A stretch of 64,000 bases of DNA from a virus (lineage: Duplodnaviria; Caudoviricetes): the IMG/VR virus record IMGVR_UViG_3300037400_003286, one strand, 5' to 3'. How positions within the stretch are numbered: the first letter of the stretch is position 1; every line of letters starts with the position of its first letter. Both the position numbers and the translations under genes were made by a program. The notes under the pieces were generated by a model. That model was not told where the DNA came from and did no database searches. It was given only the letters and a program-made list of their open reading frames with translations. This document shows, one piece after another, positions 51,185 to 63,075 of the stretch.

Positions 51185-53113
51185 ATGTCAAAGAAGCTTA
51201 GAACACCGATTATCATGCCAAGAATGCAAGGTGGAACATTCTACACCTTCGGTTCTGCTATGGAAGATATTGGTCTAAATATAAATGAAAATCACAACAG
51301 CGTAGAAATATCACACTATGTGTTGCTTGATATACCAAAATTCTCAAATGGTGTTGCACCAGAAGGTGTTTATCTCAACCTTGAAAGTGAGCAGAATTAT
51401 GACAGCGAAGAATATACTGTAGACTCAAGCACACAGGGTGATTTTATATTTGCCGATCAATTCCAGAATTACTGTCTTAACTTTGAAACTGTTCTTAGAA
51501 ACCAGGACAGTTATAATTATGCATCTAATAAAACAGTATCTGAAAGAGTATTCTGGAAATGGCTATTCAGCAATCTGAGAAACGAAGATCAAAGATTCAT
51601 AAAAGATGGTGATTACTATTATGAGAAAAAAGACAAGGCTATAGCCAAGGCTTTCGGTGCTATATCTGCTGGTTCACAAAGAACAGATGATAGCGGATTA
51701 TACAATGAAACGTTTGTTCAAATTCCATCATCTTATGGTCAAATGAGAGTATTGTTCAAAAGTACAATAGATGAAAACTACATCGAAAAGACTTATAACG
51801 GAACAAACATCGATCATATGATTGAAAATATCAATGAAAGTGAACTCACGGATGCTGCTGGAAAATCAGATATTATAACTTTCAGAATGACAGATGATAG
51901 TTTTTCATATCCTGGTGACGGAACAACAATCACAGAAAGAAGCACTGGAACCATACTTATGGTAATATCAACAGACAAACCAGAATATAAAATAACATGT
52001 AAGTTCCTCGATGAAATAGTAACTCTTCCAGAAAACGGTGATCTTACAATTGATGGAGAAGATCATTCATATGCTGGTTATAGTTACGGAAAAGTTATAA
52101 AGGCTACAGGTATTTCTCCTATAGCAAAATCAGATAATGATAGCCAAAAAAGTCCATCATATATCATATCATCTGGTAACATATATGATAAATTTGAGGT
52201 TGAATTCGATATAACAAAACTTAGAGAATATTACAACAATTCAAGCCTTACTTATGATGATATAGGTATGGGTAAAACAAATAGATCTGATGTTGATCTT
52301 GAAATGTATGATGATTTCAGATTCAACGCTATACTTGTTTATTATTCAATATATGATTCAAACAAGACAAAGAGACTGGCAACAAATGCTTACGGTGTAT
52401 ATATACTTGATGGTGCTATAGAATCATCTGATATAAGTAAAGTATTCTATTTCCCATCAATTATCAAAGCAAAATCAGGAACAAATAAAAACGGTACATC
52501 TTATTCGTTTAGAATAAATGTCAAACCATCTACAGCTTATAGTGGTGATATTGTTGTTAATGATAATTCAACCGCAGGATATAGCATGTCAGAGGATTTC
52601 AACGATGTGTTGAGAAATCTTACAGCAGCTATAACAACCCTTAAGGAAAATGCAAAAGTTCTTTATAGTGTTTCAAAAAACAACAATGAGATGAAGACTC
52701 TTGTCGAAAACACAATGGAAAAGATTAACGATATTGAAACAGATATAAAAAATATAAAGAACGGTAATTTTCCATATACTGCTGATGCAATATTCAAAGA
52801 AGAAGAATCTGTTGGAAATGCCTTAAGTGCGTCAATAGCAAGAAATGTATTAAACGCAATAAATGTAACATGTAATACATCGACTGGAGATATAGGCATG
52901 GAATTAAATACAACTGGACTTTCTGGTACAGCATTGGTTATAGCAAAAGCACTTAGAAAAAACATCCAGGATAACAATCATTTGAATATTATTAATATGA
53001 TCGCTTTGCTTGTCGCAAGAACATCTGGCGTATCAGCAACAATGTCAAAAAAAGTTGAATATATAGCTAATGCATTTGATAAAAGAGATCCGACAATCAT
53101 AAGAATGGACTAA
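51185..53113 (+). CDS. Hypothetical virion structural protein
   Basis: 642 aa; late operon; C-terminal coiled coil. Confidence 0.65.
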   Translation: MSKKLRTPIIMPRMQGGTFYTFGSAMEDIGLNINENHNSVEISHYVLLDIPKFSNGVAPEGVYLNLESEQNYDSEEYTVDSSTQGDFIFADQFQNYCLNFETVLRNQDSYNYASNKTVSERVFWKWLFSNLRNEDQRFIKDGDYYYEKKDKAIAKAFGAISAGSQRTDDSGLYNETFVQIPSSYGQMRVLFKSTIDENYIEKTYNGTNIDHMIENINESELTDAAGKSDIITFRMTDDSFSYPGDGTTITERSTGTILMVISTDKPEYKITCKFLDEIVTLPENGDLTIDGEDHSYAGYSYGKVIKATGISPIAKSDNDSQKSPSYIISSGNIYDKFEVEFDITKLREYYNNSSLTYDDIGMGKTNRSDVDLEMYDDFRFNAILVYYSIYDSNKTKRLATNAYGVYILDGAIESSDISKVFYFPSIIKAKSGTNKNGTSYSFRINVKPSTAYSGDIVVNDNSTAGYSMSEDFNDVLRNLTAAITTLKENAKVLYSVSKNNNEMKTLVENTMEKINDIETDIKNIKNGNFPYTADAIFKEEESVGNALSASIARNVLNAINVTCNTSTGDIGMELNTTGLSGTALVIAKALRKNIQDNNHLNIINMIALLVARTSGVSATMSKKVEYIANAFDKRDPTIIRMD

Positions 53114-53127
53114 ATATATTTTATATA

Positions 53128-53170
53128 AAAATAATGATCGAATTTCATTTAAGAAGTTCGATCATTTTTT
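53128..53170 (+). terminator. Intrinsic terminator
   Basis: AATGATCGAA...TTCGATCATT followed by a T-tract. Confidence 0.7.
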
Positions 53171-53202
53171 ATTATCCAAAATTGCGCAATAATGTTCTTG
53201 TT

Positions 53203-53211
53203 AGATAAATA
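53203..53211 (+). promoter_or_regulatory. Late promoter AGATAAATA
   Basis: Recurrent motif. Confidence 0.75.
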
Positions 53212-53241
53212 GTGAAAAAGACGAAAACATCTACATATAAG

Positions 53242-55569
53242 ATGGCTAATACAAATAGTTATTCAGAAAACATGGCTCAATTAACAAAGGCAGCAAGCGA
53301 TATGCTTGATGTTGCGAAAGCCATGAACGAAACAATTGTCGGTAACGATTCAGAAGTTGTCGTTTCAGAGGACGTTGTTCTTCCTTCATATCAAAATATT
53401 GTAAACCGTGTTGAAAGAGCAGAAAGAACAATTTCGAGATTTACAGCAGGAAAGGGCGTAATTGAGACAGACGATGGAACATATAGAAAAATAAATGTTC
53501 AAGCAATATCAAGACCAGCAAACACTATCGAAAATCTCGGTGGTATAACTCAGTTTGATATTGATCCAAACTGGTTCTTTGAATCACTTCAATACCCAAG
53601 ATGTATAGCTAAAATTGATCTTGCTGGAAAAATAGAAGAAGATTCCGACAGGGTTTATATATCAAGACTTATCATTGATGTTAATCAAAGCAGATTAACA
53701 GACAGCATAAAAAATGATATTCTTAACTCAACTCTCTCATATGGAGAGATGATTAAATACCTGGAAGAAAATTATATAGAATATAAGGAAGATAAAGATG
53801 AAAACAAATTACCATTAACATATGAAAAATTTAATGGTGATTTCCAGGTGACTGGTATCAACCTTATCAAAAATTCAGACACTGGATTAAACTACACTTG
53901 GTATTATCTTTCAACTATAAACTATGCAACCGTTGACGATAATGGAGCAAGCGATGAAGCTGGGCACGTACTTCAGGTTGGAGATTATCTTAGATTTAAG
54001 AATTCTTTGTTCAAGGTCAAGGAAATAAATCAATCTGAAATGAGAGTAAGACTTGAATATAATGTCGGATATGACAATATAGGTCTTTATGATACTCTTG
54101 AATTCTATAACGATCCTTTCAAAGAAAAAATTGTAAGCGTAGGTATAGGTATAGATGAGCTTGACATTATTTACATCAAAGGTGTAAACGAGAAATTCAA
54201 TCTTCTTTCAAGAGAATGGTCCAATCCTATAACATTTGAGTCTAATTCACTTATATACGCTAAAGATAGCGAGGTTAATATGCGTGAATATTACACAAAA
54301 AATGTTGCCGATTTCGGTAGAATGTGGATCGCTCAAGTAAAGGAAGGTAGAATGCCAGCATACGGTGGTAAGACACCTTCGGCTCCTATTCTTAACGAAG
54401 AAGATTTGAGAGTTGTTCAGATTAATACACAACTTAATGCTACTCTTGACAGCGAAAGATATATTTCTATTACATCTGAGATAGCATCTGTTAAATCCAA
54501 TATCACAGCAACACGTAACACAATTGCATCAAATAAGAATAAACTTATTACTGAATACGATTCGAACAGACGAGATATTATCACAAATTCTATCAACTCT
54601 GACACTGATAAACTGAATAATCTTACAACACAGTTTAGCTCTCTTGTTGATGAATTGAACACTCTGTTGAATGACGCTGGAACAATTAACTATACACCTA
54701 AGTATCATGTAAGAGGATTCTTTGCTATTCCAGATCCACAATATACAATCGATGAATCAAAAATAGGTAAGCAGAGTATTATCGGATTCGAGACAATGTA
54801 CAGATATTTACATGTCGATGAAACTGGTGCAAAATTGAATACGTTTAATTATACAGATTCATCAAATGATACAGTTGAAAGCGGTGTATTTACAGACTGG
54901 TCTATAGAATCTTCGCCTATACTTGACAAACAATATAATGAAGAAACAGACACATTTGAATGGAAGTCTGAAACATTAGACGGTACGCATGTGACAATCA
55001 ACCAGGTTGATATTCCTATAAGATCTGGAGAAAAGGTTGAGTTAAAGGTAAGATCCGTTTCAGAAGCAGGATATCCGTATGCACCATTGAAATCAGATTG
55101 GAGTAACTCTGTTATCATTTCTTTCCCTGATAATTTAAGCACAAACGATTCAGTTACAACAATTCTTGACAATGTGAAGAGTGATCTTATTGCTGTTACT
55201 TTACAGGAAACATTGTCTGCTGCTGGTTTGTATACTCATATTTCTGATAGTAATTCAAAATACAAGCACAGTGCTGATAATATTGAATATACGGAAACAG
55301 ATACAGACGATGCTGGTAACGCAAACGTTATCACAATGTCACTTGCTGATAAGTTGAGATCTATTTCTGGTACAGCAGATCAGACATCGCCTGCTATCGA
55401 ATTCAACTTACAGAAGGATTCTTCTACTTACGGCGGTAAACTTGTCATTAAAGCTCCTAACCTTAGTAGAGCAGATAGACGACTTGTTGATGGTGATATG
55501 CGTAACTATCTCAACGAGACAATCTATCCATTCTTCACAAGAACATTGAATACATTTAGAAATGATTAA
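53242..55569 (+). CDS. Hypothetical virion structural protein (coiled coil plus FN3-like C-terminal segment)
   Basis: ATG at 53242 preferred over the GTG abutting the promoter; VRSVSEAGYP...SDWS is FN3-like. Confidence 0.65.
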   Translation: MANTNSYSENMAQLTKAASDMLDVAKAMNETIVGNDSEVVVSEDVVLPSYQNIVNRVERAERTISRFTAGKGVIETDDGTYRKINVQAISRPANTIENLGGITQFDIDPNWFFESLQYPRCIAKIDLAGKIEEDSDRVYISRLIIDVNQSRLTDSIKNDILNSTLSYGEMIKYLEENYIEYKEDKDENKLPLTYEKFNGDFQVTGINLIKNSDTGLNYTWYYLSTINYATVDDNGASDEAGHVLQVGDYLRFKNSLFKVKEINQSEMRVRLEYNVGYDNIGLYDTLEFYNDPFKEKIVSVGIGIDELDIIYIKGVNEKFNLLSREWSNPITFESNSLIYAKDSEVNMREYYTKNVADFGRMWIAQVKEGRMPAYGGKTPSAPILNEEDLRVVQINTQLNATLDSERYISITSEIASVKSNITATRNTIASNKNKLITEYDSNRRDIITNSINSDTDKLNNLTTQFSSLVDELNTLLNDAGTINYTPKYHVRGFFAIPDPQYTIDESKIGKQSIIGFETMYRYLHVDETGAKLNTFNYTDSSNDTVESGVFTDWSIESSPILDKQYNEETDTFEWKSETLDGTHVTINQVDIPIRSGEKVELKVRSVSEAGYPYAPLKSDWSNSVIISFPDNLSTNDSVTTILDNVKSDLIAVTLQETLSAAGLYTHISDSNSKYKHSADNIEYTETDTDDAGNANVITMSLADKLRSISGTADQTSPAIEFNLQKDSSTYGGKLVIKAPNLSRADRRLVDGDMRNYLNETIYPFFTRTLNTFRND

Positions 55570-55599
55570 TAGATCATAATATAAAAAAACAGGAAGAAA

Positions 55600-58500
55600 A
55601 TGGCTACTTATACAAGCACAAGAAAAACTTTAATTATACCTGGATCATCAAGTAAAACATTTCATTACAATGATGGTGAAGGTGATATATACATAAATTC
55701 ATCAATATTAAGAAGAAATCAAGGTGAAAACTCAATTGAAGTTGAACCTATTAATGATAATTTTGTTATATATTTTGATTCATCCGTTAATGTGAATATG
55801 ACATCAACAGATGGAGATATATTCACATATGAACCATCCGACACTGGTAATTCTGATGATGCTAAAAAGATGAGATATAAAAGACTTGATATGATGATCG
55901 ATGACGATACATCATATGCAGTTCTTCGTGTTAATCCTAAACTTACAGGTAATGTTAAGGTTGTTGTAGATTCAGATTCTAATTTATATCTTGATACTTT
56001 CAAGGTTTCTCTTGGTTTGTCACAAAATAAGTACAGACATATAGCTATAAATCCATCAGAATATTATGGACGCACGCTTATGGCTAAGATGAAACATATG
56101 CCTGTAGATGACTTCTATAAGATTGAGGATACATGCTATGATTTATTCGCAACAGCAAATGATTTTGATGAGCAATACTATGACACATACAATTATGGTG
56201 TTAGAACAAATACAGATAAAATGTACAAGGAGAACTACTCTCTTCTTGCCCCTCTTTGCGTCAGAAAAGTTCTACCAGATTTCTTCCTTGTTTTTAAAAT
56301 AAATGATTATGAATCTCTATTCTCAGGAGATCCAAACGATCCAATAAAAATTGAAGATAGAACAAAATTCATAAATCTTGATAAATGTGAACTTATAAAA
56401 TCATTTGATTTTAGAGAAGGTTCAAATCTTGGAACATATGTAAGAACCATACTTGAAAACAACAAGTCTTCTGTAGGTGACGTTTATACAGGTTATGATT
56501 ATGATCATTTCAATATTTTCAACGGAATTTCTGTTGATAGTGGAGTAGTTGCAAACATATATGAGGAAACAACATCAGAAAGAACTATCAATAATCAGGT
56601 TTCGATGAATGACTGGTATACACTTGGATTCCAGAGAAATCACATTGTTAGTAAGGATATTATTAATTTTGAATTTATGTTCGATGATACAAGTAATCAA
56701 TTATTTTCACTTCCAACATATTTCGGATTATATGTTAGACTTAACGGTGAGGATGAAACATTTACTTGTATAGATACAGATTCACAAGGTTCGATTTTTG
56801 ATAGCACAATGCATGGAGAAAATTTTGATCCGCAAAACTATCCAACTGTAATATACGGAATATCTACACCAGATTCATTTGTCAGATTACACAATAATGT
56901 TAAAAGGGATGCTGAGGTTTCAAAACATAAATTGGAAATTTATAAAAGCATCATAACAGTTGATACTTTTGATATAAGTGATTTAATTGATGGAAATTGG
57001 TGCTACGTTTCAAATGTTCTTAACGATGTTCTAGACCCAGGAGAGCATTATAGATTGATAATACCAGAGAAAAATACGATTTACGAAGTAATAGCATCTA
57101 ACTATTTTGATAACAACGAATTAACCGATATATCTTATCAGGAAGAAAAAATATCAGAAACTTCGTGGTATATATACAGAATAGCTATATTAAATGTAGA
57201 ATACAGATCAAACATAGACGAAAAAGATAAGCCAGAAATTATAAAAAATCAATTAAGTCTTATAACAAAGGCTTTTGAAAGATTCAACGATGATGATCTT
57301 AAAGTATATAACGACGGCGAATCTTCTTTCTCTGTATTATATAACGACGAGGATGTTATGTTTGAAAAAGTGTCATCAATATGTGGATTTAATAAAACAA
57401 ACGATGACATAATAAAGGATCCAGTTAATGAATTCTTTGATGAATCATCTTATCTTTTCGGTTGTGATAATATACCAAAAATGATTATTGATCCAAACAT
57501 GAACAACTTCGAATCATCAGATTTAAGAGGATTATATCCAATAGGTTTCGAAAGTTTGGGTACAAGAGTTTGTTATTGTGTATTACTTAAAAAAATAGTT
57601 TATAATACAAATTCTAACCCTATAGTTCTTGTTAGTGAAGATATACAAAAGACACTATCAACATATAAAACAGTTCTTTATAAGACATATCTAAACGAAA
57701 ATAAAATCTTCAATAAAAATGTAAATGTAAATTACTTTAAGATTGAAGGTAATAATATGGTTATTGGCCATACTGACAATGTATATGATATCGTTGGATT
57801 CGGAACAAATAAATCATATATGGTTCAATTTGACAAAACACCACAAATAAAATCAAACGGTAAAATGCAATTCTACCAGAATTATCCTATGAATTCTGGT
57901 ATATGTTCTATATTCCCAATTAAAGACTATAATTTTGATGTTCTTGATCAAAATAGTGTATTCTTTGTTCAAAACGAAAATGATCCAACAGAAAGTATAA
58001 GAATAAATGGAGATAAAAGTGAATACAGTTCAGCAGAAAATAATATTTATGGTAAATCTATCATAGAAAGCTCCAAATCTGAAGAATTTATAGCCGATTA
58101 TTGTGACAAATTCAAAACATATAACGTTGACTCAAGTTCATTAGGATATATGACGCTTGATTCTGAGAACGATCTTGGATTGTTCTTGTCAAATATGCAG
58201 AAAAACGGTCACAATAAATTTGACGTTTCTCTAATATCGCCATATTGCTGCAAGTGGAAATTGCTTGGAACAGATATGACTGGTAACAGAATGCGTGTAA
58301 TGTATTATTTCAACAACATAGAAAGAGAAATAATAACATACGATGCAAGCACATGGGTTGATGGATATATTAGTGTTTGGAATCCTGGTGAAATTCAGCC
58401 ATCATCATATTTTAAATCGACACAACTTATCGATATTTCACAATATAAAGATATATATGTGAATCCTAATATGAAGAGTTATATAGACTCTGTAGGATAT

Positions 58501-61500
58501 TATTATGGTGCTGGAACAACACCAAGAGTAGAATGGTTTAATCAAACATTACCAACTACAGGAGAATGGCAACCTTCATTTGAAAATTTCAATGAAGAGT
58601 TTTTACAAGAATGTGTATATATAAGAGTGGCTATAAATCTATACATGGCTGCTGGTCGTTTTGATGATATTTATATTTCATTATCTAAAAAAATATATAA
58701 TATACCATTTTTACCAAAAGATATAAATTCTTACTGGATAGCAAAAAATGATGACGACCATATTGGATATGTGTCTTCAGACATAACAGATTCATCAGCA
58801 GCCAAATACATATCAGACGAATACGATGAAGATGAAACTGGACATTTTAACAATTATATCTGTACAGGAGAAGGATCTATAGATGATTTATTATATAGAA
58901 CAAACAATTATGATAATAAATTCTCAAAAATTTACAAATATGGTGACAACTCTATAGAATTTGTTTCTTGTGGTGTCAAAATAAGAATAAAATCAACCGA
59001 CAAATCTATAATAAATTTATCAAGATATGTCGGATACTCTGTTATTGCTATAGCAATGAGTGGTAATAACGCAAACCAGCCAGGAACATATGAATTATTT
59101 ATAGATGAAACAAAAGAACAGATAGCATTTGTAATATATAATGGTATTTATAGTGAGCATAACAAAATAAATTATATTAAAAATAATCCTGGAACATACA
59201 GAATAAAGCACTCTGGGAAATTAACAAACATTATTCACGATAGTGGATATAATGTTCTTGTTGAAGATGATGGATTTTTATCAGATTGTAGCACTGGATT
59301 AGAAAATTCTAAAATCTTTATTGTTTCTAAACCGACAGATGATGTACAGGAGAGCACAAACAAAAAGCAAATAATATTAACTGGTGATTTTGTTGAAATA
59401 AGAGATAAACAAATATTATTATCAAATACAACATGTGCGATCCTTGGTGAAATAACACCAGTATCGGATCAGGAAAAAATAAAAGAATTGATAAATTCAA
59501 ACAACAACGTTGATGCTTATATAATAACAAGTAAGACATCATCTGTTGCTACACATTCACTTTCTGTTAATAATTTAAAACAACTTACAACATCATATGC
59601 AATTACCATAAAAACAAAAAACGGAACAAAAAAACATAATGACATAGCAAGTATATTGAGCATTGATATTGTTGATCCATTTGAAATCAAACGAGAAAAT
59701 TCAAATTATGAGATTATAACAAAAGGATATGTTCATCCTTCATATGCTGTTCCTGTAATGAAAGATATATTAAAATTCAATTATAAGGAAGAAAGTGAAA
59801 TATCTGATGAATTTGAAACATGGTTTGATGGTTGTAACATTATGATTTCCGATGTCAATACAATAAACCAAACATGGATGAAAAAGGTTATTGATATTGA
59901 TAACACAATGAAACAAGAAAGTAGCGAAACACATACAGAAATTATTATACCATTCATAAGATATATAATAGAGCATAAACCGTATGATGATGAACAATAT
60001 ATAAGAGAAATAAAAGTAAATTCAACATATAAAGAAAAAAATATCAGTGATGCTAGTTCATTCATTTTTACAGTAGAAACATTTACTCCAGATCATTCAA
60101 CAGCAGTAGATGAAATAACACACGAATATGAAATAGAAAGACAGCAATTATTGGTTCATCCTATTAATTCGGACTGGAAGGGATATTCTTTCCATCAATG
60201 GAGATCAGATCGTCACACACTTAAATATGATACAGATCCAAATAAAAACAACTTCAAAGAAGTTAATTTAACATTTGACAACACAACAAGAACATATAAT
60301 GGATCTATGATATTAGATAATATTGGAGCAAGTGGAGATGAAATTTTAAGTGTAAATGAAAAAATGAGTTATATGACAAATATCCTTGTTGGAACTATAG
60401 ATGCATCATCAGCAACAAGCGTTATAACAAATTTGGAATATAATGATATATTATATGGTAACACAAAGGATAGTTCAACATATAACAAAAAATTTTACTT
60501 TGATGGAACGATACCAAACGAAAACACAGGTAAAACATTATTATCATTAAGAACTGACGACGCAATAGATTCTGGTACTGACATTCAATCATTTTATTTT
60601 TCAACAGAAAAAAATGATAGTTCAGCAAATTGTATAAAATTTGATAAGAATTACATCGCTAATTTTTATAGAAAGGGTGATCCACAAGCAGTATCAAACC
60701 TTATTTATTTTAAGATTAAAAATGTAAAAAGCAAAACAATACAAAAGTATAAAAGTGCTTCTATACAGATAAGATGTAATGATCCTAATGCTACATTATA
60801 CGTAACACCTGGACTACTTGAAGGTGTTGGTGATTCCTCAACAGAACCAGATATTAATTATACTGTTATAGAAAAACCAGATACATCACAAAAGGTTGAA
60901 ACTGTAATATCAACATATATTAATCAGTCAAGTTCTGTTACGTTATTAAGATCACATGATCCGCTAATAGGATATTGGTATACAAACATATGCCGTCTAT
61001 TTAGCAAATATGATACATATGAATCATATTATGGAGCCTTCTCTGGATTTGAGAAAAATAACTATATCGCTTCAAGGGGTATCAATTTAAAAACAAAAGA
61101 CACAGATGGAAACATTATACACGGATTTATAATATCTACATGGAATGACAGTGTGATTGATCCAGACAAGAGAACAATATCATTAAATGTAACATCTTCT
61201 ATAATAAACTTTATAAACGATGGTACAAAGACAGGATACAGCGAATCATGGAACAAAAATCAGCCATATATAACAGATATGTATGATCCTTATAAAACAA
61301 AGTATATCGAAAACACCATACTTAAATTAATAGACATAAATAATAACACAAAGTTTATACTATATGTTGATAAGAGTGTCAATGATTTGATTTTCAATAC
61401 AGACAAAGAACAAATTGACACAACGAAGTTTGAAGAGGTAAAGAACCTTAAAAATACTCTTGTGTTCTCGGAAAACAGATATTACATGAATATTGAGAAT

Positions 61501-61545
61501 CTTGAACCTCACAGCTATTACGCTGAAATGATAATTAATTTTTAA
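55600..61545 (+). CDS. Giant virion structural protein (1981 aa)
   Basis: Late operon; beta-rich and Asn/Asp/Ser-rich. Confidence 0.7.
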   Translation: MATYTSTRKTLIIPGSSSKTFHYNDGEGDIYINSSILRRNQGENSIEVEPINDNFVIYFDSSVNVNMTSTDGDIFTYEPSDTGNSDDAKKMRYKRLDMMIDDDTSYAVLRVNPKLTGNVKVVVDSDSNLYLDTFKVSLGLSQNKYRHIAINPSEYYGRTLMAKMKHMPVDDFYKIEDTCYDLFATANDFDEQYYDTYNYGVRTNTDKMYKENYSLLAPLCVRKVLPDFFLVFKINDYESLFSGDPNDPIKIEDRTKFINLDKCELIKSFDFREGSNLGTYVRTILENNKSSVGDVYTGYDYDHFNIFNGISVDSGVVANIYEETTSERTINNQVSMNDWYTLGFQRNHIVSKDIINFEFMFDDTSNQLFSLPTYFGLYVRLNGEDETFTCIDTDSQGSIFDSTMHGENFDPQNYPTVIYGISTPDSFVRLHNNVKRDAEVSKHKLEIYKSIITVDTFDISDLIDGNWCYVSNVLNDVLDPGEHYRLIIPEKNTIYEVIASNYFDNNELTDISYQEEKISETSWYIYRIAILNVEYRSNIDEKDKPEIIKNQLSLITKAFERFNDDDLKVYNDGESSFSVLYNDEDVMFEKVSSICGFNKTNDDIIKDPVNEFFDESSYLFGCDNIPKMIIDPNMNNFESSDLRGLYPIGFESLGTRVCYCVLLKKIVYNTNSNPIVLVSEDIQKTLSTYKTVLYKTYLNENKIFNKNVNVNYFKIEGNNMVIGHTDNVYDIVGFGTNKSYMVQFDKTPQIKSNGKMQFYQNYPMNSGICSIFPIKDYNFDVLDQNSVFFVQNENDPTESIRINGDKSEYSSAENNIYGKSIIESSKSEEFIADYCDKFKTYNVDSSSLGYMTLDSENDLGLFLSNMQKNGHNKFDVSLISPYCCKWKLLGTDMTGNRMRVMYYFNNIEREIITYDASTWVDGYISVWNPGEIQPSSYFKSTQLIDISQYKDIYVNPNMKSYIDSVGYYYGAGTTPRVEWFNQTLPTTGEWQPSFENFNEEFLQECVYIRVAINLYMAAGRFDDIYISLSKKIYNIPFLPKDINSYWIAKNDDDHIGYVSSDITDSSAAKYISDEYDEDETGHFNNYICTGEGSIDDLLYRTNNYDNKFSKIYKYGDNSIEFVSCGVKIRIKSTDKSIINLSRYVGYSVIAIAMSGNNANQPGTYELFIDETKEQIAFVIYNGIYSEHNKINYIKNNPGTYRIKHSGKLTNIIHDSGYNVLVEDDGFLSDCSTGLENSKIFIVSKPTDDVQESTNKKQIILTGDFVEIRDKQILLSNTTCAILGEITPVSDQEKIKELINSNNNVDAYIITSKTSSVATHSLSVNNLKQLTTSYAITIKTKNGTKKHNDIASILSIDIVDPFEIKRENSNYEIITKGYVHPSYAVPVMKDILKFNYKEESEISDEFETWFDGCNIMISDVNTINQTWMKKVIDIDNTMKQESSETHTEIIIPFIRYIIEHKPYDDEQYIREIKVNSTYKEKNISDASSFIFTVETFTPDHSTAVDEITHEYEIERQQLLVHPINSDWKGYSFHQWRSDRHTLKYDTDPNKNNFKEVNLTFDNTTRTYNGSMILDNIGASGDEILSVNEKMSYMTNILVGTIDASSATSVITNLEYNDILYGNTKDSSTYNKKFYFDGTIPNENTGKTLLSLRTDDAIDSGTDIQSFYFSTEKNDSSANCIKFDKNYIANFYRKGDPQAVSNLIYFKIKNVKSKTIQKYKSASIQIRCNDPNATLYVTPGLLEGVGDSSTEPDINYTVIEKPDTSQKVETVISTYINQSSSVTLLRSHDPLIGYWYTNICRLFSKYDTYESYYGAFSGFEKNNYIASRGINLKTKDTDGNIIHGFIISTWNDSVIDPDKRTISLNVTSSIINFINDGTKTGYSESWNKNQPYITDMYDPYKTKYIENTILKLIDINNNTKFILYVDKSVNDLIFNTDKEQIDTTKFEEVKNLKNTLVFSENRYYMNIENLEPHSYYAEMIINF

Positions 61546-61547
61546 AG

Positions 61548-63071
61548 ATGAAAGAATCATTCAAATTTGAATATAAAGCAACGAACATGTTTCACGATAT
61601 ACAGCCAGCAGGTCTGTCTGTATATGGTGAACGTGGTTTAGCTGGAAGGGATGGCACAAGCGGTTCGACACTTTACTTTGTTAATTATGTTGACATAACA
61701 GACACAATTAAAACAAATCTGTTAAGAAACATACAGAACTCATATACACTTGATGGTAGTGGCCAAGCATTAAGAGAATATCAGAATAATGATCTTATCA
61801 TATGTAAAGTCGGTCAAAGTATATACAATAACGTTTATAAGATAACAAGAAGCCAAAAAACCAACATTTATAATATAGAAAAGGTTGGTCAATTGATCGT
61901 CAGAACAAATGTTAAGAATATATTTGACACAATAAACAGCGTAAAATTAAATCGAGGAGAATATAAGGAAACAACTTGTCATATTCCTGTAAATCGTTCA
62001 TATGAAATAAATGACGGAACATATTTAGCATATAGAGACGGATATAATGTATATTCAACATCAACGTCAACAACAGCATACAGTGATGCTTTAAGATCAT
62101 TATTTGGATTTTCATTACACCCAACAATTACGATTACTGATAAAACAAATGCTGAAAATTACAATTTTTATCTTAAGATTTATATTAAAAATACAAAATC
62201 AATCTTAGGTAGAAATTTCATATCTATACGTGATGGATATACAAACGCAAATACAGCATCATCTGTTATCAGAAAAGAACCTGTAACAGTTGAAAATAAC
62301 ATTGATATTATTTCGTTTGATAAAGTTATAGAGATTCCAGTTACAAAATATTATCGTGGAGCACAAGGTGATGAAATAATAGATACAAATTACAATGAAG
62401 TTTTCTTGTCTGATATGGGATGTGACAAACTTCATCCGTCTTTAAATAATTATTCATCATCATTCTTCGATCCTTATAGAAATCGTGGATACATGACAGC
62501 AGCAAAAGATTCTAATCTTTATCCATTTCATGCTTTTAGCTTCTCATATTCACAGGAATTTAACAAATATATAATTAATGGACAAACACTTATAAAACCA
62601 AATCGTAACAAGGATATTCTTGAAAGTATATTAAACAAACATACCAACACTTACGTGTATAGTTCTGATGTTATACAATATTCAAAAGATCCAGTCGTAT
62701 CTGATACATATTGCCGTGTTAATTTCAGAAGCGGTGAAAGTGCATATTTCTCTGGAATGTTATCAAACACAGGTTTTCCATCAGAGGATTTTGAAACTGG
62801 AAATCCGTATACAAAGATGTTAGGATCTTTATCAACAAACAGCTTTGATCAGTATGTTGCTGCACAGCGTTCATTAAATCCAAAAGTTAATGAAGTACAA
62901 GATAGTAATGATACATATGCAGCAAAAAGAAGAAAATACGTTATGGATTATGTTTGTTCAGAAATGAATAAATTCATATTAAATGAAGATAACGTTTTTG
63001 AACTGATATGTATAGATAAAAAATCTGGACGAACTAGATCTAAAATATACACATTAAATCAATTACAATAA
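61548..63071 (+). CDS. Hypothetical virion (fibre-associated) protein with a short GxxGxxG N-terminal segment
   Basis: GERGLAGRDGTSG. Confidence 0.6.
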   Translation: MKESFKFEYKATNMFHDIQPAGLSVYGERGLAGRDGTSGSTLYFVNYVDITDTIKTNLLRNIQNSYTLDGSGQALREYQNNDLIICKVGQSIYNNVYKITRSQKTNIYNIEKVGQLIVRTNVKNIFDTINSVKLNRGEYKETTCHIPVNRSYEINDGTYLAYRDGYNVYSTSTSTTAYSDALRSLFGFSLHPTITITDKTNAENYNFYLKIYIKNTKSILGRNFISIRDGYTNANTASSVIRKEPVTVENNIDIISFDKVIEIPVTKYYRGAQGDEIIDTNYNEVFLSDMGCDKLHPSLNNYSSSFFDPYRNRGYMTAAKDSNLYPFHAFSFSYSQEFNKYIINGQTLIKPNRNKDILESILNKHTNTYVYSSDVIQYSKDPVVSDTYCRVNFRSGESAYFSGMLSNTGFPSEDFETGNPYTKMLGSLSTNSFDQYVAAQRSLNPKVNEVQDSNDTYAAKRRKYVMDYVCSEMNKFILNEDNVFELICIDKKSGRTRSKIYTLNQLQ

Positions 63072-63075
63072 TCAG